Of a DNA stretch of 46,021 nt, positions 25,701-35,402 are shown piece by piece; position 1 is the stretch's first letter, and each line of letters begins with the position of its first letter. The notes beneath the pieces were generated by a model. The model was not told where the DNA came from, did no database searches, and saw only the letters and a list, made by a program, of their open reading frames with translations. Source of the DNA: a virus (taxonomy: Duplodnaviria; Caudoviricetes); IMG/VR virus record IMGVR_UViG_3300046323_000666, positions 1 through 46,021 of that record; one strand, given 5' to 3'. A program made the position numbers and the translations under genes.

Positions 25701-28700
25701 TTGCTCTTACTTCGGCTTCTTTTGTTTTTTCTTCAATGTCTTTTAGTTTTTGGTCTAATTCCTCGTACTTCGCTTTTATGTCAGCAGGAATTTCATTGTT
25801 TGGATCATTTCGTTTCCAATCAGCAATTTGTTTTTTAAGATTGTATTTTAGCGTTTGGTTTTTATTGTAAATATAATTCAAGATAGCAATTCCTTGACCT
25901 GCATCACGAACAGCATTGTCAAAATCATCAGAAACTTCTTGGAACTTTTTGATTAACGCTTCTCTATCTTCGGGATTGTTGTCAATTTCATCTGAAATCT
26001 CGGTTTTCAAACGTGTTAATGCTTCATCGTAAATAAGCATCTTCACATCGGAGTTTGTGATTAAGCCATCTTTGATTGCTTTCAATGCTTCCGAAACCCC
26101 AACTTTATCGATAAAAGCCATTGCTTCATCATTCGCTTCTTGTTGGTTTCTTACATCATAGTTTTCGCCAAGTTCTTTTACGGCTTTCGTGATTACATCG
26201 GGATTCCCACCTTCAATCAATCTACCCAATAAAGATTTCTTTCCTGATTTTGATTTAAAATTATTCTCGGCTTCTTTCTTCGGATTAATCCTTTCCTCAA
26301 CTGCTTTTGGGTCGATATCAATATCTCCAAACTTCGCTTTTATAGATTCTACAACTTGTTTTATTGCATCGTTTACGTCGATTCCTGCCGAAACTAAATT
26401 CTTAACAGCACTTGCAATTAAATCTATTAATTGGTCTTGAGAGATTCCTTGCTTTTTTAAATCAGGGTCGTTTATTCCAGGTAATATGTCTTTTATCTTT
26501 TGAGCAATTCTATCTACTTCGGCGTTGGCTTTTTGTTTTGTAGCAAGTTTTTCAATATCTGAAGGAACGTTAAATCCAGCACTCTCTATTATTACTTTAG
26601 CGTCACTAGCAGACATTCTACCTTCTTTTACCCACTCGCTATATAGTTTTTCGCCCATAGCATAATCAATAGCGTCTAAACTACCAGCTAATGGGTATTT
26701 TTTTTGATTTATTCCTTTTTCTATTTCGTTAAAATCAACATTTAAGTTTGACCCATTGGCTTTACCCCATAATACATATTTGCCATTTTCGTCCTTACCT
26801 CTAACGCTGTATTGGTTTCTCTTTCCAAATTTATCAACACCTCTGTCAGATTTAATATAAACAACATCATCTGCATTAAAATCAGGATTTTCTTCATAAG
26901 TTAAAGGAGTCATTGCGTCTTCCTTTTCATTACCAAGTAAATCTTTATCAGAATTTAAAATAGATTTTTCTTTTGGTTGTTGGCTTTCTGAAACTATAGG
27001 ATTGTTTACATCATTAAGTTTATTCAACATTTCCTGAACTTCCGCTTTTCTGCTTATCGGAAACATCCACCCATATTTAGGGTTGTATCTACCTCCAATA
27101 GCTTTAATATTGTCTTTTATAGGCTTGGTATCTCCTTTTACCACAAATGCTTTTGCAGATATATCCTCTAGTGTAATACCTTCTAAATTTATTTTTACAT
27201 CAGCACTTGGTATTGGGGCTTCTTGTATGTCAATTTCTATTTCATCATCAATAACACCTTCCTGTATAGCTTTTAGCGTTTGAAGTTTACCGTTTACAAT
27301 TTGCTTTCTTCTTGCGTCAATATTACTTTCATTAAACAATAATCGAATTTGCGCAGGAGATTTTGTATTTCTACGTGAAACACGCCCTAATATTTGTTGA
27401 AAAACATTTCCTGAATAGTTAGGAGTAACCATAAATAAAACTCTCGGAGAATCACCGTTTTGGTCATCTAAATCAATTCCTGTTGAAGCGGATTTTGCAG
27501 TTCCTAATACGACATCAACTGCATTAGCTTGAAACAAATCATTTGCCTCTCCTTTATCTGATTTGCCAAATATTTCGGCTACTTTAAAGCCTTCTTTTTT
27601 TAACATTTTTGATAGTTCAGAAAGAAATCCAGGAACTACTTTATCAATAGCTGTAATTGTAGTTTCATTAACACCTTCTGCAATTACAACTACTTTTTTT
27701 CCTGCTTTTATTTCTTTTACTACTTGTGCAAAAGTGTATTTTATTTTAGTTGACTCACTCCATCTGCTTAATTCTCCTGATTTTTGTCCAGAAAGGTTCA
27801 TTTTTTTTCTAAAATTAACCCTTCCATCATCTGAAACGCTTTCATACTCAATTCTATCGTCCCAACTGCTTTCGATTTCATCTTGCTCGTTTGCTTGCTC
27901 TTCAGTAAGTGAGATTTTATCTTCTACAAATTCGCCGTAAAAAGGATATTCTCTACGAAGCATTGCTCCTTTAGATATTATTTCTTCACGAATTTTGACA
28001 ATATTTCTTTTTATGTCAGCAGGAGCAACACCTTCTTGCAGTGTTACTATTTTTACTTCCTGACCTGTTATTGCGTCTTTTTGTTTTTTAACGTTTAAAC
28101 CAAGCATATTATACGCTTGTTCTTCGGTTACGCCTGAAACTTCTGATATAAAATATACCGCACTACCTATCGTGTCCATAGGAGTTGCTGTAACATACAT
28201 ATTGTTTGTTGACTTTATGTTTCCTGCCGCAATAGCCTTGCCTGATTCTTGGTTTTTTAAATTATGAGCTTCATCGTAAATAACTAAACCATAACTGCCC
28301 TTTCCTTTTTTTTCTGTACGTAAATCATTGTAAGTTCCGTACTCAAAATCATTCATATCTATTCCAAGAGCCTTTGCATCATTAGCAAAATTCTTTTCTA
28401 GTATGGTTGTATTTTCACTTATTATTAAAACCTTACCTCCAAACTTGTTAAGATATTCTTTAGCGATAACAAGTATTTGTCTTGTTTTTCCAACGCCTGT
28501 TCCATCAGCTAATAAAAATGACTTGCCTCCTGATTCAAACAAAGACAGCGCCGAGTTTACTCCTTGCTTTTGAACTTCGTCAATTTCATAATTTTCAGAT
28601 AGAAAGTCTTTTGTAGTCGGCATTTTAGATTCTGCTTGAACTACAATACCAGGTCTTTTATTTTCTTGCTGTCCTAAAGGTTTTCCTGAATACTTTTGAA

Positions 28701-31700
28701 GTCCTCTATCATTTCCTCTATCGGCTGGTTTTCGTTCAATTTGATTTTCGACATCAATGACAACTTGCTTGAGTTCATCTTTTCTGTCGCTTTTTCCTTT
28801 ACGTTCAATAGCCTCAACAATAGGCTCAATTTCTGCTGCTTTTCTGTCGTCGTTGACAAATTCATCGATTTTTTCGGGAGTGATGTTTCCATTATCTATT
28901 TGTTCGTTAATTTGTGAAAATATGTCGAATTGTTCGGCATCAGCCACTCTAGCCTGTTTTTGTTTCTTTTGCGCATTAGGAATATCAACTGTGTTTATCT
29001 TGATAGATTCGGCAGTTAAATCTTTAATTTCTTTTCTTTGAGTTTCGTTGATGTTTTTACCAAAATCTTGTAAACTTTTAATTTTTTTCTTGATTTGAGT
29101 ATCACGATTTCTTAACTCTTGAACTTCTTTTTCAATAATAGCTTCATTTGAACCACGACCTACTTTTTGCTCAAAATTTAAAGGTTCATTTTCGTTGAAT
29201 TCTACTAATCCGTTAATTCTATTGTTTAATAAAATGCTAAGTTCAGAATAGCTTTTTATCTTATCGTTTTTTAATAAATGTTCAAATATTTCGTTTTCGT
29301 GAGCATTAGTAAGTTTATCAAAATCTGCTCTTGCTTTACCCGTCCATTCCGCGATACTTTCTGCATCTCTATAAGATTTGCTTTCTAAGGCATCTTGAAA
29401 TTGGTTTAACATTTGCATTGCCTTGCCTTTTGGGTTTAGATTTGCAAGCGCAAAAATTTTAACCCAAGACTTCCCGTATAAAGCACTTAATTTTGTTTTT
29501 GCTTGATTAAAATTTTGAAAAGTAGGCAACAAACTTTCCTTAACATATTTAGCGTTATCAACTATTGTCTGTACAGCACCTTGATTACTTTCTTTTGCTA
29601 TTTTTTGAGCTTCTTCTAATGTTTCTGCCTCTACAATTTGAGCGTTTACATTGGTAAAATCCGATTTTTTGTATTTATCTGAAAATTCAGCTTTGCCATC
29701 CGCTAAATCTGAAAATGCTTTTGTTCTACTATGTCCTGCTAAGATAACAAATTTTCCTGTATCTGGACTTTTCCAAATTTGAATAGGAGGAATAGATGAA
29801 ATGTTTAATTTACCCTCTTTCGCTTCGTTTACGATACGGTTATAGGTTTGTTCGCTATATTCCTTTGCACGACCCTGAAAGTTTTTTAGTGATGTTGTAA
29901 GATTACTTACCGCCATAGAAACAAACCCTTTAGCTTGTTCTGCTTCATCTTGCTTAGGCGTAACTTCTTTTTTAGGTTTTGGAGTTTCCTTAACTTCAAC
30001 TGGTTTTTTCGCCCCAAACTGCTCGTTCAAGAAATTAGAAACATCATCAAGGTTTAAGTCTACTTCAGCATCTCCCTTAACTTCTCCACCGTCAACGGAA
30101 CTCGGTACACTACTTTTTGAATTACTTTTTGGCTTGTCGTTTCCACTTTCTCCCACATTTGAAGCTCCAAGTTGAACGTTTCCATTAGTAGGAGTATTTG
30201 TTTCCGGTGTTGCTTCATTTTTCTTTGCGGTTTGGCTTAAAATTTTAACTTGCTCCGGTTCGAAAACAACATATTCTTTATTATTGTCGCCGAAATCAGA
30301 AATCACTCCGTCAAATCCATTTTTAATAAAAACATCTTTTCCGCTTTGTGTTTCTATTCCCTCTTTAAATTCAGAATAATTACCCAAATCAATTTCTTCG
30401 TTTAAAAACTCTAATGCGTCATCTTCGGACATTATGTCTCCTGTTAGTATCTCAACTAATGAAGGGGCTTGTTTTTTATTAGTAAAAACACCTTGTGTTG
30501 TTAAATCTACTGGGTTTTTAATAGATATATTAGCGGATATTATATTTTCTCCTCCTCCATTTTCCAAAGCAAAATCTTTTGCTAAATTTTCGTCCCCTAT
30601 AAAGAAAAAACCAAATTCAGTATTTGCCCATCCTGTATTACTTCCTTGTTTTTCTTTGTCAAAAGTATCAAATACCTGATTTGTTCCGTGAAAAACAGTC
30701 ATAGCACCACCTTTGTCATCTACAATAGTATTCCCATTTTCTTTTGTAAACTTTTGATCGTCATCCTGCATAGAAACATTTTCTTCTTGCGAAGATAAAG
30801 GTTTTTCAATACTCGGAGCAACTACATCTTCTACTGGAGATACTTCTTGGGTGGGTAGGGATTGTGTATAATTACTACCTCTTTTGTTTTCGGGCAATAT
30901 CATTCTGATTGAAGTACCTGATTTTTCTGCTCTTACTTTTTTAGTTTCTTCTAATGATAACTCTTTCCCATCAGCATCAAAAGCCCTCATACCTAATTTG
31001 TAATTTAGCCCAACTGACATATCATTAGATGCCTGTCCTGATAATTCGCCTTTAGTTTCTTCCAACGCCCTTTGTAATAACTTAGTAGCTATGCCTTGTT
31101 TTCTTCTATCTTCATCTACTTTTAAATGTAATACTGAATAAATCTTAGCCCCATTTATTTTACCTAGCTCAAGTTTTCCGCCCTCAACGTTGAAATCAAT
31201 CATATCCTCAAATGAAGGATTAGTGCTTTCACTTTTAGACACCACTACATCTTTTACAATAGGAGTTTCTACCTTCTCGGCTTCGGACGGTTTTTGTACT
31301 TCGGCTTGTGGTTGGGCTTCGGGAGTAGGAGTTGTTGGGTTTTGCTCATTTTCGTATATTTCGTTTGCTTTTTTAGATACTTGCTCATTAGTTACATTAA
31401 CAGTCATATCACCACCTGTTAATTCTTGAAGTGCTTGGTCGTTTAATCTGTCTTGTTCTTTTAGTGGTAATGACGAAATCTTGCCGTTTTCTAAATCAAA
31501 ATCAGGCTCTACACCATTAAATTTAGAGAAATCATCGTTTACTTCAAGACCATCGTTTTGGCTTAATATTTCAGTTTTTCGCTTTTGGTTTTTACTCGCT
31601 TGAAGTCGAATTTCTTCCTTCATAGCGGGTTTTAAATTTTCAGGAATATCATCAGCATCATCAATATCGTCAAACTTCGTTTTTAATTCCTCAAATTCTT

Positions 31701-33036
31701 GATTTAAGGCATTTAATTCCGTTTTAGTTTCCGCAGGTAGTGCTTTTGCTTTTTCTATCTCTGTACCAAGCAATTTCTTGTTTTCAGCTTCTAGTCTATC
31801 AGCACGTAAACTTAAAATAGCTTTGTTTTCATCGGATAAATTACCGTTGTCAATTTCGCTTCTTAATTTGAATACTTCTTTATTTGTAGCTTTTACTTTT
31901 GCGTAGGTTTTTGCTTTTACATATCCTTTTGCTCCGTAAACTCCTAATGTTTGCAATCCGCCCATTCCTGTAGCGGATAACCCTGCGTTTTTAATTGAGT
32001 GAAAATCAAATTCAGTTCGAATTCCCGACGACATATCGTTTACTTGGTTTCCAAACTCAACGGCAGATTCCTCAATAACTTCTCCAACTGCACCTACAAG
32101 CGGGTTTTTTTCTATGGATTTTTCAATGGTTGATTTAAACGATTTTCCAATAATTTTAGACCCCGCTTCAACTCCTTTGTCAGTAATTATTCGTTTCATT
32201 ACAGCACCCGAAGCTCCTGTAAATAAATGTCCGGTAACAGCCTCGATAATTCCCGCATTAGCAGAATTCAAAACTCTTGTCCCTAAACCCATTTCAGGAT
32301 TTTCTTCTTTAAGTTGTGCGTTTTTAGTAGATGCCGTAGACGCACCAATCGCTACCAAAGCAGAAGTTTGTCCTCCTGATGCCATAGCAGCTACCATTAT
32401 CGGTAAAGATTGCATTGTAGTTCCCGCAACTAATTTAGCTGCGTTTACATAATTTCCGTCTTGAACAGCTTTTAACGCATCGCCACCGTTTTTAACGGCA
32501 TAAGCGTTAATTTTTTCGTTGGAAACTTTTAATTTTTCTTTTAGTATTTCAGATGGAATATTTACAAATCCTAAATCTTTGGCTAGTTTATCCGCCGAAG
32601 CACCTTCCCCTTTATAGCCCGTAATACCTTTAATTATAGGATTAGTGATTGAAGCGGCAGCATCGTACAATAATCCAGGGGCATCGTAAAATGATTTAGA
32701 AACGGTTGTTATTCCATTGTCTAAATTTTCTTTTAGATATTCGTAAAAAGAATCATCTTCTTTTACAGTAGGTTTTTGAATCGGTTTTTTAGAAACGACA
32801 GGCCTCACCGATTTCATAGAATTAAAATCAGGAATAGGAGAGTTTATGTTAGTTTTAGGAAATCCGTTCCCACCCGAAGAACCAGTAGTAGTTCCCGAAG
32901 CCAATTTTTGAGGCGTTGCAGTAGGTATGGACTTTTTTTTTTCTGAACTATAACTATTAATTACTAATGCTATGTTATCTTCAGATTCTCCCGCAGATAC
33001 CATATTTTGTATGATTACATCTAATTCATCTTCCAT
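22753..33036 (-). CDS. Giant polyvalent virion/ejection protein (3427 aa): GNAT-like, ART-like, ParB-like and SF2 helicase domains plus coiled coils
   Basis: VDEDRRKQGIATKLL; VFHGT...GFFF; PPIQIW...ILAGHSR; LLADGTGVGKT/DEAH/QILGRVSR; C-terminal DPRSSDFGK. Confidence 0.85.
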   Translation of the reverse strand: MEDELDVIIQNMVSAGESEDNIALVINSYSSEKKKSIPTATPQKLASGTTTGSSGGNGFPKTNINSPIPDFNSMKSVRPVVSKKPIQKPTVKEDDSFYEYLKENLDNGITTVSKSFYDAPGLLYDAAASITNPIIKGITGYKGEGASADKLAKDLGFVNIPSEILKEKLKVSNEKINAYAVKNGGDALKAVQDGNYVNAAKLVAGTTMQSLPIMVAAMASGGQTSALVAIGASTASTKNAQLKEENPEMGLGTRVLNSANAGIIEAVTGHLFTGASGAVMKRIITDKGVEAGSKIIGKSFKSTIEKSIEKNPLVGAVGEVIEESAVEFGNQVNDMSSGIRTEFDFHSIKNAGLSATGMGGLQTLGVYGAKGYVKAKTYAKVKATNKEVFKLRSEIDNGNLSDENKAILSLRADRLEAENKKLLGTEIEKAKALPAETKTELNALNQEFEELKTKFDDIDDADDIPENLKPAMKEEIRLQASKNQKRKTEILSQNDGLEVNDDFSKFNGVEPDFDLENGKISSLPLKEQDRLNDQALQELTGGDMTVNVTNEQVSKKANEIYENEQNPTTPTPEAQPQAEVQKPSEAEKVETPIVKDVVVSKSESTNPSFEDMIDFNVEGGKLELGKINGAKIYSVLHLKVDEDRRKQGIATKLLQRALEETKGELSGQASNDMSVGLNYKLGMRAFDADGKELSLEETKKVRAEKSGTSIRMILPENKRGSNYTQSLPTQEVSPVEDVVAPSIEKPLSSQEENVSMQDDDQKFTKENGNTIVDDKGGAMTVFHGTNQVFDTFDKEKQGSNTGWANTEFGFFFIGDENLAKDFALENGGGENIISANISIKNPVDLTTQGVFTNKKQAPSLVEILTGDIMSEDDALEFLNEEIDLGNYSEFKEGIETQSGKDVFIKNGFDGVISDFGDNNKEYVVFEPEQVKILSQTAKKNEATPETNTPTNGNVQLGASNVGESGNDKPKSNSKSSVPSSVDGGEVKGDAEVDLNLDDVSNFLNEQFGAKKPVEVKETPKPKKEVTPKQDEAEQAKGFVSMAVSNLTTSLKNFQGRAKEYSEQTYNRIVNEAKEGKLNISSIPPIQIWKSPDTGKFVILAGHSRTKAFSDLADGKAEFSDKYKKSDFTNVNAQIVEAETLEEAQKIAKESNQGAVQTIVDNAKYVKESLLPTFQNFNQAKTKLSALYGKSWVKIFALANLNPKGKAMQMLNQFQDALESKSYRDAESIAEWTGKARADFDKLTNAHENEIFEHLLKNDKIKSYSELSILLNNRINGLVEFNENEPLNFEQKVGRGSNEAIIEKEVQELRNRDTQIKKKIKSLQDFGKNINETQRKEIKDLTAESIKINTVDIPNAQKKQKQARVADAEQFDIFSQINEQIDNGNITPEKIDEFVNDDRKAAEIEPIVEAIERKGKSDRKDELKQVVIDVENQIERKPADRGNDRGLQKYSGKPLGQQENKRPGIVVQAESKMPTTKDFLSENYEIDEVQKQGVNSALSLFESGGKSFLLADGTGVGKTRQILVIAKEYLNKFGGKVLIISENTTILEKNFANDAKALGIDMNDFEYGTYNDLRTEKKGKGSYGLVIYDEAHNLKNQESGKAIAAGNIKSTNNMYVTATPMDTIGSAVYFISEVSGVTEEQAYNMLGLNVKKQKDAITGQEVKIVTLQEGVAPADIKRNIVKIREEIISKGAMLRREYPFYGEFVEDKISLTEEQANEQDEIESSWDDRIEYESVSDDGRVNFRKKMNLSGQKSGELSRWSESTKIKYTFAQVVKEIKAGKKVVVIAEGVNETTITAIDKVVPGFLSELSKMLKKEGFKVAEIFGKSDKGEANDLFQANAVDVVLGTAKSASTGIDLDDQNGDSPRVLFMVTPNYSGNVFQQILGRVSRRNTKSPAQIRLLFNESNIDARRKQIVNGKLQTLKAIQEGVIDDEIEIDIQEAPIPSADVKINLEGITLEDISAKAFVVKGDTKPIKDNIKAIGGRYNPKYGWMFPISRKAEVQEMLNKLNDVNNPIVSESQQPKEKSILNSDKDLLGNEKEDAMTPLTYEENPDFNADDVVYIKSDRGVDKFGKRNQYSVRGKDENGKYVLWGKANGSNLNVDFNEIEKGINQKKYPLAGSLDAIDYAMGEKLYSEWVKEGRMSASDAKVIIESAGFNVPSDIEKLATKQKANAEVDRIAQKIKDILPGINDPDLKKQGISQDQLIDLIASAVKNLVSAGIDVNDAIKQVVESIKAKFGDIDIDPKAVEERINPKKEAENNFKSKSGKKSLLGRLIEGGNPDVITKAVKELGENYDVRNQQEANDEAMAFIDKVGVSEALKAIKDGLITNSDVKMLIYDEALTRLKTEISDEIDNNPEDREALIKKFQEVSDDFDNAVRDAGQGIAILNYIYNKNQTLKYNLKKQIADWKRNDPNNEIPADIKAKYEELDQKLKDIEEKTKEAEVRAKKAEDELAIKNIQEDVERKNQDAKKNKSGLTPNEQTRKKVLKNKFFGTLNDVTRFATLIADPEFREYLGLTFKAAKGDFSNFSNQILKEIGNGARKYLPELFKEAGGKGDVKVTDLQSITISEEGKIKIPAQLLRDYVEQGYNDIDEISALIKDDIADEYPDADVKDIRDALTGYGKQINPNKDDITAQVNKLKEYGRLLSAYDDVMNGEMPKKSGLVRPKSEQKARELRRNINRLAKELNLEQVDTEKQWANAIDKVKTQLKNQIEDLDKQIANGEKRKIDRTPIKLDEEASALKTIRDAKKQILDDLVGKPELTEAQKIASAEKSLETYIGKIQDDIYNGEIEYKEKPTPATSKKIEALKKVKQSLLESKKQLRKEAGLIEQQRLKTTKTRVKNQIEDLKTRLANNDFAKKVVTPVLADSELNTLRAEKEAIYEEYEKMKYLQELKNRTFTEKMTDAFLEAGGLTRAIKASLDLGLIGIQLRGFTYSELWRNPKELGRKFVKLFGAIGSQEKTNKATAKIIGHPLHSLSKKLDIGMTHPDLRNEVREEMASGSMLHFIWNLPVRLIDNFGGQKFTQAKKTSVGDAFINSAKTQYNKLFENYKLDIKQKEKFTVAEQWRNVNAFEAVERGLTVYGNQLRFEEFVRGVERLKAEGKDEINHLEDYKLLASYIRTFSGRAKPAGFELNQKGLNLFFFSFKNAASVIQQLNPVYYMKQHVGSTDFKNGSYFKPTVANKMAMATMFKSVVSTSATMLFLMAAYNAGKDDDEEEMTVEKDPRSSDFGKLKIGTFRYDPWGGYIPLITLYARLLTEETKNSDGKVLKLGEDRNGIQNRGDAMVRFIVNKESPGFRMVHQYLASKIEENKATGEKSRQNDFGENLLESDAYSFYPIFMGSVKDAKEKDFKGVQAFLTAYSVLGLGNVQDYEKSKMSKENIEKTMQERLNPTRKTSEERRESERKKIEKERELRNKAREEGIRYVPPRR

Positions 33037-33045
33037 AGTAAATTC

Positions 33046-34320
33046 TTATTTTTTTGGTGCGTATTTTGCTCGTAATGCGTCCGCTTTTGCTTTTAATTCG
33101 GCTTTTGTTGGTGCTTGTTGCGTTTTACCGCTACTTGTTTTGACTTTTGAAGATGTTTTTTTAATAACATAAGAGTTTGGAGGGTATTCATTCTCAAAAG
33201 GCATCGCTCCTTTATTTGCTTTTTTATACCTCTCTACAAATTTTTTACCTTCGCTTGTTAGTTCTTTCGTTGTGGTTTCTACAGTAGCAACCCCGTCTTG
33301 TTTCGCTTTGTCTTGCGCTACTTTTAGCGTTTTTGTCGATATGTCATTATCGATATTTTGTTGTTTTACTTTATTGTTATAATTAGCCTGATCTAAATTC
33401 AGTTTTTCAGATACAGATTCTTTGGTAGTTTCGTTTAGTAGGGTTTCGTAATATCCTGCAACTTTTTTTAAGACCTTTTCGTCAGTATAATAATCTTTGT
33501 TTTCAGGGTCTAATCCTAAATCTTCTAATGCTGCGTAAACCGCACTATGATTATTTGTAGCGTCTTGCGCCATTTTTTTAGCCATCGCTTCCGAGCCTTG
33601 ATACTTTGTAGTGGTAATATCTTTATTTCCTACTGTTTTGGTAGTTACGTCAGGCTTGTTAAGGCTTTTTATGTATTGAGAAACAAGTCCTTTTTCCCCT
33701 GTAACATCAAATTTCGGCTCAATCTCAAACATTTGTTTTAATTCAGCATCGGATATGTCTTTTTTTTCAACCCCAATAACAACCCCATTAACATCTCTTT
33801 TTACAAGGTCGCTAACTACATTTCCATTGTTATCAAGTCTTGTTACTATATCCTTGTTTACTCTTGCAACTAAATTTTTTACTTTATTAAAACTTGTTGG
33901 GTTGTAATCCTTCTCGTTTTTTAGCATTTCTTCTGCCTTGATACTCATCGCTTTTTTACTCTCGTTAAGCCTGTTTAGGTTTGACAATGCTTTATCAGCT
34001 AATGCTTGGCTTTTTTCGCTTCCTGTATTAACAACATCACGTTTTGCATCTGCGTATGTTTTTTTTAAATCCATCACAAACTGCTTGTCGTTATCACCCA
34101 AAGAAGCATACGGATATTTCGCACTAAACTCTTCGGAATCTTTAAAATCACGTCTTCGTTGTTCTTGCAAGTTTTGCTCGGCAATCAATTTGTCCTTTTC
34201 TCTTTGGTATTTTTCCGCACGAACTTGTTGGAATTGTTCTCCAACGCCTCTTATCGCTTGTCCTACATAATCCTCTGTGGGATTAACGGTTAAATAACCT
34301 GCACTTCCTCCTATAGCCAT
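33046..34320 (-). CDS. Putative internal virion (ejection) protein
   Basis: Helical, charged; lies between the tail genes and the giant protein. Confidence 0.6.
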   Translation of the reverse strand: MAIGGSAGYLTVNPTEDYVGQAIRGVGEQFQQVRAEKYQREKDKLIAEQNLQEQRRRDFKDSEEFSAKYPYASLGDNDKQFVMDLKKTYADAKRDVVNTGSEKSQALADKALSNLNRLNESKKAMSIKAEEMLKNEKDYNPTSFNKVKNLVARVNKDIVTRLDNNGNVVSDLVKRDVNGVVIGVEKKDISDAELKQMFEIEPKFDVTGEKGLVSQYIKSLNKPDVTTKTVGNKDITTTKYQGSEAMAKKMAQDATNNHSAVYAALEDLGLDPENKDYYTDEKVLKKVAGYYETLLNETTKESVSEKLNLDQANYNNKVKQQNIDNDISTKTLKVAQDKAKQDGVATVETTTKELTSEGKKFVERYKKANKGAMPFENEYPPNSYVIKKTSSKVKTSSGKTQQAPTKAELKAKADALRAKYAPKK

Positions 34321-34336
34321 AGCTTTTATTTTTTTA

Positions 34337-34894
34337 TTAACCCCTTGCCTTTACTCTTGCCGCTTTTTTATCTGCCGAATAATAATCAGAACTTGCCACA
34401 GCACTCGCTGCCATTCCTGCTCCTGAAATAATATTCCCCATTCCTTGTTGTTGTGCTGTTGCTCCTGCGTTGTATTGGCTAGATAATGCGGCAAGTTTCG
34501 CTTGGTTTCGTTGCTCTTTTGTCATTCTAATCCTTACGCTATCTTCGGCTCGTATTTGGTCTATTCCTTTTTGTTGCTCGTCAAGGTTTGCGGCAATATC
34601 TCTGTTTACAGCTTGACCTCCTGCCTCTACTGCTCCGACACCTCCTAAAATAGCCCTTGTTCCGCCTTCTTGTAGTGATGCTACTTGGGTAGCTTCAAGT
34701 ACAGACTGCCCTTGTTGTCTTGTTTTCGCCCCCAAAGTCGAAACTTTTAATTCATCGGCTATATTGGTCAATGGAACTTCTTTTATGTTAGCGGCTTCTC
34801 TAGCGGCTCTTTTCTTTGCTTTACCGCCACTTGTCATTCCTACAACTCCTGAAATTGCAGATGCTCCAGCAACACCTATTGATACATAACTCAT
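34337..34894 (-). CDS. Putative ejection/pilot protein (Gly/Ala/Gln-rich)
   Basis: Composition and position typical of podovirus internal proteins. Confidence 0.6.
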   Translation of the reverse strand: MSYVSIGVAGASAISGVVGMTSGGKAKKRAAREAANIKEVPLTNIADELKVSTLGAKTRQQGQSVLEATQVASLQEGGTRAILGGVGAVEAGGQAVNRDIAANLDEQQKGIDQIRAEDSVRIRMTKEQRNQAKLAALSSQYNAGATAQQQGMGNIISGAGMAASAVASSDYYSADKKAARVKARG

Positions 34895-35343
34895 TTTTTT
34901 TCGTTTAAAAGGTTACTTACTCTTTCTTTTATTTCTAATGACAATAAAGGATTGTCGTGTTTTTCTATAATTCTTTCCTCGATTTGTGCCGAGTTTTCGT
35001 TGTCGGGATTGGCGTGAATAGTCGCCCATATCATATCTTCTAATACATAAACTACTCTTTGTGTTCCCGCTTCGGTTATTCCTATGTAGGGTGCTTCTAC
35101 TATTTGTTCGATTCCATCTACGTAAATAGCGCATTTCCCTTTCATAATAAAGAACTGATGCCTTGTTTTGTGTATCTTCGAGGTAACAAATGAATCTTTA
35201 GGTAAGAATACCTCTCTCGTGTAAATCCCATCCGTAAAATGCTCTTTTACAGGAAAACTCATAAGAGGAAAATTATCTACCATTACAGCTTCAAGTTCGT
35301 CTATGCTATGGCTAATTACGCTTTTAGAAATTTCGTTATCCAT
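34891..35343 (-). CDS. Cupin-fold protein
   Basis: HFTDGIYTRE...KIHKTRH...G...APY...G..RV...W.TIH. Confidence 0.7.
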   Translation of the reverse strand: MDNEISKSVISHSIDELEAVMVDNFPLMSFPVKEHFTDGIYTREVFLPKDSFVTSKIHKTRHQFFIMKGKCAIYVDGIEQIVEAPYIGITEAGTQRVVYVLEDMIWATIHANPDNENSAQIEERIIEKHDNPLLSLEIKERVSNLLNEKK

Positions 35344-35357
35344 AAAAATAATTTAAA

Positions 35358-35400
35358 CAAAGGTATTGAATATTCGCTTACAAACACTTACTGTCGTTTA
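35358..35400 (-). promoter_or_regulatory. Late promoter copy 1
   Basis: TAAACGACA-N7-TTTG-N15-TACCTTTG on the minus strand. Confidence 0.7.
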
Positions 35401-35402
35401 AG

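Noticed and set aside
22753-33036. crAss-type virion RNA polymerase
   Set aside because: No convincing catalytic DxDxD context was seen; the recognisable motifs are helicase, ParB-, ART- and GNAT-like, and the late promoters are host-type.
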